In this document: piece after piece, positions 11,386-19,583 of the stretch
Layout of the letters: each line of letters opens with the position of its first letter
How positions within the stretch are numbered: the first letter of the stretch is position 1
Assembly (NCBI GenBank): GCA_046727855.1
Contig: JBKPDL010000025.1
Location: 15,697-79,696 of the forward strand
Reading direction: 5' to 3'
Origin: Acidobacteriota bacterium
GTDB taxonomy: Bacteria; Acidobacteriota; Vicinamibacteria; Vicinamibacterales; UBA2999
DNA length: 64,000 bases
Program-made: the position numbers and the translations under genes
The notes under the pieces: model-generated
What the model saw: the letters and a program-made list of their open reading frames with translations, nothing else
Told to the model about the DNA's origin: nothing
Database searches by the model: none

Positions 11386-11534
11386 TAATCACGCCCCGGC
11401 AACTTTCAAATCGCTGAGATTCTCGCGAGCCACGTTCATCTCCTATGGTTGGCTCGGAACCGATGTCCTGCTTCACGCGCTCGAGGTCTGGAGTCGCGAT
11501 ACTCGTGAAGGGCAAACGTCGAGCTGAGGGCGAC

Positions 11535-11849
11535 ATGATCATCGAAATGCGCACGTACAAGACCAAGCCTGGCAAACGCGATCAGTTTCTGGAGATCTTT
11601 CGGTCCAAATCCGTCCCTGCGCACGAGGAAATCGGAATGAAGATCCTGGGTCCGTTTCTGTCGATCGAAGACCCGGACACGTTCTTCTTCATGCGTGGGT
11701 TTCCGGATCTCGCGTCGCGTGAGCCGATGAAAGCAAAGTTTTACGAGGGCGAGTTGTGGAAGCGCGAACTTGAAGCCGTTCTGATGCCGATGCTGGACAA
11801 GTACGACGTCGTTTTGGTGGAAGATGCCGAGGGTCAAGTTCGCTGGTGA
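11535..11849 (+). CDS. NIPSNAP family protein
   Basis: MIIEMRTYKTKPGKRDQFLEIF...FFFMRGFPDLASREPMKAKFY pattern. Start chosen at the internal ATG of ORF 11445..11849. Confidence 0.75.
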   Translation: MIIEMRTYKTKPGKRDQFLEIFRSKSVPAHEEIGMKILGPFLSIEDPDTFFFMRGFPDLASREPMKAKFYEGELWKRELEAVLMPMLDKYDVVLVEDAEGQVRW

Positions 11850-12285
11850 GACGTGTTCTTACCTCCTCTTTGATTTGGTGTTCATCGGGCCTCCAATTTC
11901 CATCCGCGGAGCCGTCCGGGCTGGCGAGAACGACGGTGTAGCCGTCGGGATCGCGCAGCCAGATTTCCCAGTGATTGGGCCCGCCGTTGCCGTCGGGAGG
12001 ATTGCGGTGGCGTGGCATGACGATCTCGGCCTTCAGGGCAGCGTCGAAGTCGTCAAGTTCAAACCACAGGACCACGCCGTTTCCGTACGGCCTGATGGTT
12101 GGATCGCCGATGCGACCATGGTGATGTTCCACGTCCCAAGCATGCAATTGAAGGATCAGCCGGCCATCCGCGACCAGTCGCTCATACTCCGGGCCGCCGT
12201 GCGCACTCTGACAGCCGAGGAGACGTTGATACCAGCGACTGCTCGCTTCGACGTCGCGCGCGCACACGAGAGGTTGTGGATGCAT
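11689..12285 (-). CDS. VOC/glyoxalase-family protein with an odd C-terminal tail
   Basis: The N-terminal ~135 aa look VOC-like (VEASSRWYQRLLG...ILQLHAWD...WEIWLRDPDGYTVVLASPDG). The last ~60 codons are low-complexity and overlap the convergent NIPSNAP gene. Confidence 0.65.
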   Translation of the reverse strand: MHPQPLVCARDVEASSRWYQRLLGCQSAHGGPEYERLVADGRLILQLHAWDVEHHHGRIGDPTIRPYGNGVVLWFELDDFDAALKAEIVMPRHRNPPDGNGGPNHWEIWLRDPDGYTVVLASPDGSADGNWRPDEHQIKEEVRTRLTSELDPRHLPPKRRRTCPASASERLQVRASTTRPRKTLLSSAHATRDPETHA

Positions 12286-12450
12286 AAAAACCTCGGGGCT
12301 ATCGTCATATTATGCTCCCGCCCTGGGCGCAGAAAGGCAGCCGAGCGATGATGATTCTCCGAACGTGGATCATCGCATCGTGATTGCGTTTCCCGGGTTG
12401 GCGGAACGCTCCTCCTGCAACCGTTGCGTCGCTCGCCTGCGGCTCGCGTG

Positions 12451-12530
12451 GATGGGCGGACCTAAAGGTCCGCGCTACATGTGATTCATGAACCCACGTA
12501 GCGCGGGGCTTTAGCCCCGCGTCCTACTGC
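12451..12530. repeat. Pair of inverted REP-like GC-rich hairpins
   Basis: GCGGACC-TAAA-GGTCCGC (12456-12473) and GCGGGGC-TTTA-GCCCCGC (12503-12520). Each is flanked by GCGCTAC / GTAGCGC in mirror orientation. Confidence 0.6.
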
Positions 12531-12563
12531 AAGCAGCCGTCTCGGCGCTGCTAGTATGAAGCT

Positions 12564-13172
12564 GTGAACTTGTACGTCGCGCTGCTGCGCGGCATCAACG
12601 TCGGCGGAAGCAATCTGATCAAGATGCCAGCCCTCAAGGCCAGCTTCGAAGCGCAAGGCCTTCGCGATGTGTCTACTTATATTCAGAGTGGAAACGTTCT
12701 GTTCGCGGCCGGCCGTTCGAATCAGCACGCGCTGACCGGCCAGATAGAGAAGGCGCTATCGAAGACGTTCGCGTATCAGTCGCGCGTCGTGGTGTGCTCG
12801 TTCGAGCAGATGAAAGCGATTGTGGAGGGAGCGCCGAGGGGTTTCGGCGGCCGCCCGAGCGCATATCGCTACGACGTGATTTTCCTGAAGCACCTGTTGA
12901 CGGTGGACGAGGCCATGCAGAGTGTAACCGCCAAACCAGGAGTAGACCGCGTCTTTGCCGGCGACGGCGTGCTGTACTTTTCCCGCCTGATCAGCAAAGC
13001 CACCCAGAGTCAGCTGAGTCGCATCGTCGGGACGCCGGCCTACCAGAACATGACCATCCGCAACTGGAACACGACCGGCAAGCTTCTCGAGCTGATGGAG
13101 CGCATGCGAATCGCTGCGCCGGATTCGGTCGACCAGTCGGCACGCGTCAGCGAAAGTCGACGCAAATCCTAG
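12564..13172 (+). CDS. DUF1697 domain protein
   Basis: MNLYVALLRGINVGGSNLIKMPALKASFEAQGLRDVSTYIQSGNVLF is the DUF1697 N-terminal signature. GTG start. Confidence 0.85.
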   Translation: MNLYVALLRGINVGGSNLIKMPALKASFEAQGLRDVSTYIQSGNVLFAAGRSNQHALTGQIEKALSKTFAYQSRVVVCSFEQMKAIVEGAPRGFGGRPSAYRYDVIFLKHLLTVDEAMQSVTAKPGVDRVFAGDGVLYFSRLISKATQSQLSRIVGTPAYQNMTIRNWNTTGKLLELMERMRIAAPDSVDQSARVSESRRKS

Positions 13173-13750
13173 GCTGCGAGCGCTCGCTCCGCCGCCTGGC
13201 GCACCCGCCAGGCCTGCCATAAGTGACGGCGCTCGTGCGCCGCAGTGACGTGCAAGCCCGTGGCCAGGCTGAAGCGCACGCCGCGGATGAAGGGATTTGC
13301 GAAGCGCACCGCGGCGAGATCAATGTCCACGTACTTCCGCAGGAATGTGCGCACTTCATTCTGTGATGCGAGGAACTGTTCGATCGCGTCGTGAAGCGTC
13401 GGCGAGAGGCGGGGGCGAATTTTCTGAGGCGCCTTCTGTCTGAAGCGAGGCTTCACGGGCGGTTCGAGCGTACGGATAAACCAACCGCCGATCAGTCCCG
13501 GTTGTGCAGGCCTACGCCGTAGACGTCCTTCCGCCACAGCCCGCTCGGCGGCAGGCTGCATCGCGCGCAGGTACACACGGTTGGCGATGGCCAGGTGATC
13601 AAGGCATTCGGCAACGCTCCACGAACCGGGTTCGGCGCGCCATGCGCCCAATTCCTCGCTCAAGCCGGTTACGAGCGCGCGGGCGTCGCGCTCCGCCGCA
13701 TTGAAGGATTCTTCCAGCGCCTCGATGTCCGCTCGATCGCTCGCTTGCAT
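13169..13750 (-). CDS. DinB-family (DinB_2) protein
   Basis: 193 aa; WSVAECLDHLAIANRVYL... and C-terminal HERRHLWQA fit the four-helix DinB pattern. Confidence 0.8.
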   Translation of the reverse strand: MQASDRADIEALEESFNAAERDARALVTGLSEELGAWRAEPGSWSVAECLDHLAIANRVYLRAMQPAAERAVAEGRLRRRPAQPGLIGGWFIRTLEPPVKPRFRQKAPQKIRPRLSPTLHDAIEQFLASQNEVRTFLRKYVDIDLAAVRFANPFIRGVRFSLATGLHVTAAHERRHLWQAWRVRQAAERALAA

Positions 13751-13818
13751 TTCTCCATACCCTAGAGTACGGAAGGTCAGGTTGTCAATACCCTCAGGTA
13801 TGGAGAGAATTCGATCCG

Positions 13819-14436
13819 ATGGCGCGTAAAGGGACAGGTGCGGCGCGACTGGGAAGCCCGACGTTAACCGCTTCGGATTGGGCTGAGGCCGCGCTGCAGC
13901 TCATCGCGGAAAAAGGGCTGCGTGCGCTCACGGTCAGCGCATTGGCGACGCGACTTGGGGTCACGAAAGGCAGCTTCTACTGGCACTTTCACGGACGGTC
14001 AGAACTGCTTCGCGTCGCACTTGCGCGTTGGGAGCAACGTGCTACGACGGAAGCGATAAAAGGGCTGGATGCCGTGACCGACGATCGACGTCGGCTCGAA
14101 CTGATGCTGGATGCCGCATCACAGCCGCCACGATCGCGTTCACTCTACGCGGCGCTGGCCGAAGCCGCGGAGGATCCGATCGTGCGCCAGGTGCTGAACC
14201 GTGTTGCGTCAACACGCATCGCGTACCTGGAGATCTGTTATCGCAATCTCGGCTTCGCCCCGGGCCTTGCGAAGTCATACGCCGTCTTCGCGTACGCGGC
14301 TTATCGTGGGCTATTGCAACTGGCACATGAAGCGCCTGGCGCTCTTCCCGCGGATTGGTCGTTCTACCCGGATGTCAGCCGGACAGCGCTCGTCCCCAAG
14401 TCGGGCTTCAGAAAGCGCGCTTCGCGGCGAAAGTAA
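13819..14436 (+). CDS. TetR/AcrR family transcriptional regulator
   Basis: N-terminal HTH: AALQLIAEKGLRALTVSALATRLGVTKGSFYWHFHGRSELL. Confidence 0.85.
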   Translation: MARKGTGAARLGSPTLTASDWAEAALQLIAEKGLRALTVSALATRLGVTKGSFYWHFHGRSELLRVALARWEQRATTEAIKGLDAVTDDRRRLELMLDAASQPPRSRSLYAALAEAAEDPIVRQVLNRVASTRIAYLEICYRNLGFAPGLAKSYAVFAYAAYRGLLQLAHEAPGALPADWSFYPDVSRTALVPKSGFRKRASRRK

Positions 14437-14469
14437 CGATGCGTTTCCGGTTCAAGACAACAGCGGGCG

Positions 14470-15087
14470 TCAGTCGTCGAGGGCGGTCAGATCCAGTTGG
14501 CGGAGGCGCGCGGGGTCCGCGAGGATGTCAATTGCGGCGATCTTTCCACGCGTGACCGTGAAGCCGATCACCGAAAACGGCCGTCCATCCGGAAGCCACG
14601 ACACGATTCCCGCGGCTCCGTTCACAAGCGCCGGTCGTGCACGTCCGATAAGCCGCGAGAACGTCAGCGCCTGCCCGGCAACCGCCCGCGCACCGCGGAC
14701 GACGGTCGCGCCCGCTCGCGCGCCGCCGCGATCGGCTCGAACCACGACGTCTGGGTCGAGCACCGCGAGCAATGTGTCGAAGTCGCCGTTGCGCGCGGCA
14801 GCAAGGAGGGCCTCCACAGCTTCCCGCTGGCGAGCGAGATCAGGATCGGGGACCGGTGCGACGCCCTGCACGCGACGCCGCGCGCGGCTCGCAAGCTGCC
14901 TGGTCGCGGTGGGCGAGCGCCCGACAATGGGAGCGATCTCGTCGAACGGCATGGCGAACATGTGGTGCAGCACAAACGCGAGCCGCTCGGCAGGAGCCAG
15001 CGTTTCGAATACGACGAGCAACGCGAGACCGACCGAGTCGGCGAGAAGCGCTTGATGCTCAGGGTCGACGGCATCTTCTCGGCTCAC
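14470..15087 (-). CDS. N-terminally truncated ECF sigma factor (sigma-4 plus SnoaL/NTF2-like C-terminal domain, no sigma-2)
   Basis: Starts (GTG) at ...LETLAPAERLAFVLHHMFAMPFDEIAPIVGRSPTATRQLASRARRRV (region 4), then a SigJ-like C-terminal domain. An in-frame stop lies upstream, and only 52 nt separate it from the next gene. Confidence 0.7.
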   Translation of the reverse strand: MSREDAVDPEHQALLADSVGLALLVVFETLAPAERLAFVLHHMFAMPFDEIAPIVGRSPTATRQLASRARRRVQGVAPVPDPDLARQREAVEALLAAARNGDFDTLLAVLDPDVVVRADRGGARAGATVVRGARAVAGQALTFSRLIGRARPALVNGAAGIVSWLPDGRPFSVIGFTVTRGKIAAIDILADPARLRQLDLTALDD

Positions 15088-15139
15088 GTCGCGAGTTCCA
15101 TTGACGGAGAGCGGATTACCTCGGGTTAACGTGGTGACT

Positions 15140-15520
15140 TCATTTCAGCTCAATTGGATAGGAATGGTGCTCGTGCGCAATGAGCCATTGCCCGTCATCT
15201 TTGCGCAACCCCATGGTTAGTCGCACGGTCGCGTCAAAGATCGTCACGAGTGCGTGACAATACGCGACCGTTTCGCTGGCGGTGATGTGCAACTCCGTCA
15301 GATCGAACGATCCCGGCCCTCCGGGGCTGCTGTCGAAGAACAGTTCCCACGTTCGTCGGTACTCTTCCATCCCCCTGGCCTGCAGCGGCGTCGGCACATC
15401 AAACATCACGATGTCCTCGGTATGGTGTGCAAGCACTCGATCCATGTGCTTCGCGCGGACTGCTTCCGCCCAGTTGTCTACGAGTGCGCGTATTTGGGTT
15501 TCCTCTGGATGTTGTGTCAT
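15140..15520 (-). CDS. SnoaL-like / NTF2-fold protein (DUF4440-like)
   Basis: 126 aa; IRALVDNWAEAVRAKHMDRVLAHHTEDIVMFDV...GQWLIAHEHHS. Confidence 0.8.
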   Translation of the reverse strand: MTQHPEETQIRALVDNWAEAVRAKHMDRVLAHHTEDIVMFDVPTPLQARGMEEYRRTWELFFDSSPGGPGSFDLTELHITASETVAYCHALVTIFDATVRLTMGLRKDDGQWLIAHEHHSYPIELK

Positions 15521-15574
15521 TGGTCCTCCGTCTTGCGCAGTCGCAGAAATCGCTGTCCGAGGCAGAGCATCCGT

Positions 15575-16009
15575 TCACGCCACAGTCAGGCGCAGAACAA
15601 AGAGCGCGAATGCGGCGCTGCTCATGATGGTCCTCGTCGCATGAAGACGTCCCCACCGGTTCAGAAGTTTTGTCGCTTCGTGGGAATGCGGGTCGAGAGC
15701 CGGGTCGAGCAGCTGGTGGTTGGTTGGCAGAATCACGACCAGCGTGAATGGGACCACGGCGCCGAGAAGAACAGCGCCCAAGGCCAGCCAGAGATCGTCC
15801 CGTGCCCACGCCGCCCACAGTCCGGTGACGCACCCGGCTAGCGCGAGGGGCGCCTGCATCACCGTCGCCCGCCGGTAGCTCGGTGCGAATTCGCGAAGGG
15901 CGACCTCCGTGCCACAAGACAGGCGCGCTGGATGCTCAACGGCCGTAATGTAGATCGCCGCACCCGCAAAGAGGCCCGAACACAACGTTGCAACGATCAA
16001 GCCCCACAT
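15575..16009 (-). CDS. DUF1772 (anthrone oxygenase-like) membrane protein
   Basis: 144 aa, 4 TM; LFAGAAIYITAVEHPARL...LPTNHQLL pattern. Confidence 0.75.
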   Translation of the reverse strand: MWGLIVATLCSGLFAGAAIYITAVEHPARLSCGTEVALREFAPSYRRATVMQAPLALAGCVTGLWAAWARDDLWLALGAVLLGAVVPFTLVVILPTNHQLLDPALDPHSHEATKLLNRWGRLHATRTIMSSAAFALFVLRLTVA

Positions 16010-16109
16010 GAGGAAGCATCTCCCGGTGCGCCCGCTGAATCGATTGTCGATTGGTCGTTTGCCGTCGGGCTATCAAGATCTTTCGTCGATCGATCTGCCT
16101 TCTTCCGAT

Positions 16110-17219
16110 TCACGGCTCGATCAGGAGGCGTTCAATGGTTCGGGCAACATCGGTCGCTGCCGGGGGATCGTAGTTCGCTAACACTGCCACAGCGTTTTTG
16201 GAATCCGGGTGAAAGCTCAGCGTGGCGTTGATTCCCGGCGCGCCACCTGAATTCTCGATGACCCGAACGCCGTTCACCCGACGCTCCAGGAATCCATACG
16301 CAACAACCGGCGGTCCCCCTGGCTCCATCGATTCCTTCCCCGTGATCATGAGCTCGAAGTACGCGGCGCTCATTAGCCTGCCACTCTGCAACGCTTGGGC
16401 GAACTGGATCAGGTCGCGCACGCTGGACTGTCCGCCGCCCGACGCTTGGGCGCCGTGAAGCGGTTCAACTCGCTGGCGCTCTCCCGATGGCGGCGCGCTG
16501 AGCAGGGTGTACCCGACGGCGATCTTCCGCCCGTCTCGCGTCGGCGAGTCGGTCTGATTCATGCCGGCAGGTTGGTAGATGTGGCGCCGGACGTACTCTG
16601 AGTATTCCTCACCCGAAACACTTTCGACGATGGCGCCGAGCACCACATATCCTGGATTGCTGTAGAGCGTCATCGTGCCAGGCGCGAAGGCGAGCGGTTC
16701 ATCAATGAAGAGCTGCAGGTAGTCTCTATTCAGCCGCAGTGAATCTTTCAGCGCCCAGAAGCGCGCATTGATGAACGATGCCGGCAGACCGGATCGATGG
16801 GTCAGCAGGTGATGAATAGTGATCGTGTCAGCCGCCGGCCGAGGATAGGAGGGCACGTGTTCACCGATCGTGTCTGTCAACGAGAGCTTTCCTTGCTCCG
16901 CCAACTGCATAATCGCCGCTGCCGTGAACGATTTGCCTATCGATCCCATGTTGAATCTTGTGTCCGGGCGGTTGACAGACCCCTGCTCGCGATCGGCCCA
17001 GCCCGTTGCGTATGAGAACAACGGCCGGTACCGTTCTGTCACGAGCACCGTTCCAGAGAACGCGTCCGCCTTCGCCCGGTTGTCCATATAGGCCACGAGT
17101 GCATTGGAGAAATTCGGGCTCACCATCAACAGCGCCGCCGGCGGCAGGGACCATGCTCGAGCGGTCGGTCCGAGGCAGAACGCAATGAGACACCCCAAAG
17201 CAGCAATCCTTGTACGCAT
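16110..17219 (-). CDS. Serine hydrolase, class C beta-lactamase / PBP-like family
   Basis: SxxK motif (GSIGKSF) and YxN (LYSNPGY). Signal peptide from MRTRIAALGCLIAFCLG. GAGGAAG lies upstream of the ATG at 17219. Confidence 0.85.
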   Translation of the reverse strand: MRTRIAALGCLIAFCLGPTARAWSLPPAALLMVSPNFSNALVAYMDNRAKADAFSGTVLVTERYRPLFSYATGWADREQGSVNRPDTRFNMGSIGKSFTAAAIMQLAEQGKLSLTDTIGEHVPSYPRPAADTITIHHLLTHRSGLPASFINARFWALKDSLRLNRDYLQLFIDEPLAFAPGTMTLYSNPGYVVLGAIVESVSGEEYSEYVRRHIYQPAGMNQTDSPTRDGRKIAVGYTLLSAPPSGERQRVEPLHGAQASGGGQSSVRDLIQFAQALQSGRLMSAAYFELMITGKESMEPGGPPVVAYGFLERRVNGVRVIENSGGAPGINATLSFHPDSKNAVAVLANYDPPAATDVARTIERLLIEP

Positions 17220-17257
17220 AACAACTTCCTCTCTGGCAGGCGCGCCTCTCTGCTCAG

Positions 17258-17290
17258 AGTGTGCGTAGAGGTATGAAGAAGTTATGAAGG
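17258..17290 (-). promoter_or_regulatory. Pho-box-like 11-bp direct repeat plus conserved GCACACT, upstream of the serine hydrolase gene
   Basis: Minus strand: CCTTCATAACTTCTTCATACCTCTACGCACACT. 27/33 identical to 19529-19561. It begins 4 nt downstream of the stop codon of the kinase gene. Confidence 0.45.
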
Positions 17291-17293
17291 GCT

Positions 17294-18733
17294 TCACGAC
17301 GCGCTGACGCCAGGCAGCGTCAGCGAAAACACCATCCCACCTTCCGGCCGGCTGGCTGCCGCAACAGTCCCACCCTGGAGTTCCACCAGCCTTTTGACGA
17401 TGGCGAGGCCAACGCCGGTTCCGCCGGAACGATTCCCTCGGTCGGTGACGCGATAGTAGCGATCGAAGACTCGCGGTAGATGCTCCGGAGGAACACCAGG
17501 TCCGTCATCAATCACACGAATCTCGACGCACTCGCCGGCGGCCACCGCTGAGACTGTGACGTGACCGGCGTGTGGGAGAGCCGCCACGGCATTGGCGATA
17601 AGATTGCGGACAACTTGGCGAAATCGCTTCGGATCGACGCGAGCCATGAGCGATGACGAAGCCTGGACAGCGATCGACGGTCCCTCAGGCCGTTCGCTCG
17701 CGCGGACGAGAGATCGCAACTCCACCGCGATGTCACACGGTTCGATGTGCAGACTGAGGCGACCGGCGTCAGCCAAGGCGAGGTCTTGCAAATCGTCGAT
17801 CACTCGCATGAGTGAAAGGATCTCAGCATTGAGCGAGCCGATCGTCTCCGACGTCGCAGGCAACAGACCGTCCTGTACCGCCTCGAGTTGACAGCGAACG
17901 TTGGTCAAAGGCGTGCGCAGCTCGTGGGCGATGTCGGTGAGCATCGTACGGCGAATCTGTTCCGCCTGCACCAGGCGATCCGCCATCTCGTTGAACGAGC
18001 GAGCGAGATGCCCGATCTCGTCTGGCGCGGCTTCTTGAGACCGCGCTGTCAGATCGCCCGCGCCAAACCGTGAGGCCAATGAGGTCAGTTCTTCGACCGG
18101 ACGAACGATGTGCCTCGCCAGAGCAGCGACGACGCCCATCGAGAGCGCTCCCGCCAGAAGGACAACGACGATCACGCCACCGGTCACGGACGTCGTGAAT
18201 TCGGCCTCGCGGCGCAGTCGCGCGTCAGGATCCTCCAACACATACACGTGAGCGATGGGCTGACCCGTTCGGCCTAGGACCACGGCGCCGCCGTCGCGCA
18301 CGTGGAGACGCCATTGGCCGCTTCGCGCGTCTGACGGTGCCGCGCCTTCCACATCGAATGCGCCGTCGGGAGCGCGCGGGCCGATGCGCACGTGCCGCGA
18401 TGGATAAGCGGCAATCAACGATCGGTCGACGCCGATGACGAGCGCCACGACACCTCGGCCCAGCGTGGCCGCCGAGCGGGCGAGCGCCGCCTCCGCCCGA
18501 ACGGTCGCACCCGCGTCGATGATGCCGTCGAGTGCCGGAGTTATCGTCTCGGCGAGCTCCGTCGCCTGCTGCTGCCGCCAGGCCACATCGGACGGCTCAA
18601 CGAGGACCAAGCGAGTGAACTCGCGCCGGCTCACCTCGGTTGCGAGATAGCCGACCAGCGCGAGCGCGGGACACACGAGCGCGCCTACCGTTACTAGAAT
18701 CCGGCGTTTCAGGCTACGACGCATCCAGCGCAT
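17294..18733 (-). CDS. Sensor histidine kinase (periplasmic sensor, HAMP, HisKA, HATPase_c)
   Basis: H-box MLTDIAHELRTPLT, N/G boxes (NLIANAV, DDGPGVP, GTGVGLAIVKRLVE) and two TM segments. Confidence 0.9.
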   Translation of the reverse strand: MRWMRRSLKRRILVTVGALVCPALALVGYLATEVSRREFTRLVLVEPSDVAWRQQQATELAETITPALDGIIDAGATVRAEAALARSAATLGRGVVALVIGVDRSLIAAYPSRHVRIGPRAPDGAFDVEGAAPSDARSGQWRLHVRDGGAVVLGRTGQPIAHVYVLEDPDARLRREAEFTTSVTGGVIVVVLLAGALSMGVVAALARHIVRPVEELTSLASRFGAGDLTARSQEAAPDEIGHLARSFNEMADRLVQAEQIRRTMLTDIAHELRTPLTNVRCQLEAVQDGLLPATSETIGSLNAEILSLMRVIDDLQDLALADAGRLSLHIEPCDIAVELRSLVRASERPEGPSIAVQASSSLMARVDPKRFRQVVRNLIANAVAALPHAGHVTVSAVAAGECVEIRVIDDGPGVPPEHLPRVFDRYYRVTDRGNRSGGTGVGLAIVKRLVELQGGTVAAASRPEGGMVFSLTLPGVSAS

Positions 18734-19400
18734 GAACGAACCGATACCCCACGCCGAAGACAGTGAGAATGAACCGAGGGCTCGCGCGATCGGACTCGAG
18801 CTTTCGCCGCAGATTCATGACGTGAGCGTCAATCGTCCGCTCGAGCGCATCGCCGTCCTCGTTCAACACGTGTTCCACAAGCTCCGATCGCGTGAATGCG
18901 CGGCCGGGGGCCATCATCAACGTGATCAGGAGGCGAAACTCCGTCGCTGTCAATGGCACCTCGCGTTCGTCGACGAACACGTGGCGCGTCTCGAGATCGA
19001 CGGACAATGGGCCACGGCGCAACACGTGAGACGCCGGCGAGTGGCCACGGCGAAGAACCGCGCGCACGCGCCGTACGAGCTCCCGAGGGCTGAACGGCTT
19101 CGTCACGTAATCGTCGGCGCCGACATCGAAGCCGCGCACGCGATCGTCCTCGGTCGTGCGCGCTGTCAGCATGATGATCGGCACCTGGTGGCCTGACTCG
19201 CGAAGTGCCCGGCAGATTTCGATGCCGTCGAGTGCCGGAAGGGCAAGATCGAGCACCACGAGATCGCAGCGGCGGGACGCAGCCTCGTTCAGGGCCGCCG
19301 CGCCATCCGAACACACCACCACGTCGTACCCGTCGTGTTCGAGATAGCGGCGAATCGTGTCCGCCGTTTTGCGCTCGTCTTCGACCACGAGAATCGTCAT
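18714..19400 (-). CDS. OmpR/PhoB-family response regulator
   Basis: MTILVVEDE...DLVVLDLALP...MLTART...DDYVTKPFSPRELV, then a winged helix (LTATEFRLL...GVGYRF). Start chosen at the internal ATG. Confidence 0.9.
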   Translation of the reverse strand: MTILVVEDERKTADTIRRYLEHDGYDVVVCSDGAAALNEAASRRCDLVVLDLALPALDGIEICRALRESGHQVPIIMLTARTTEDDRVRGFDVGADDYVTKPFSPRELVRRVRAVLRRGHSPASHVLRRGPLSVDLETRHVFVDEREVPLTATEFRLLITLMMAPGRAFTRSELVEHVLNEDGDALERTIDAHVMNLRRKLESDRASPRFILTVFGVGYRFVHALDAS

Positions 19401-19528
19401 GGCCGCAACAGCCTCACCAACGATCGTTACTGTCGGTGGGTCGGAGTCTGACAACACAACGATTGTATCTAGACCGCCGACCCGGAAGATGTGGCCCGCT
19501 CCAAGCGGCGCCCCGCCGCCTCGAGTCC

Positions 19529-19561
19529 AGTGTGCAAACGGTTATGAAGAAGTTGTGAAGG
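19529..19561 (-). promoter_or_regulatory. Pho-box-like 11-bp direct repeat plus GCACACT, upstream of the response regulator/kinase pair
   Basis: Minus strand: CCTTCACAACTTCTTCATAACCGTTTGCACACT. Same layout as 17258-17290. Confidence 0.45.
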
Positions 19562-19583
19562 AGATCAGATCCAAGTGACCGCG

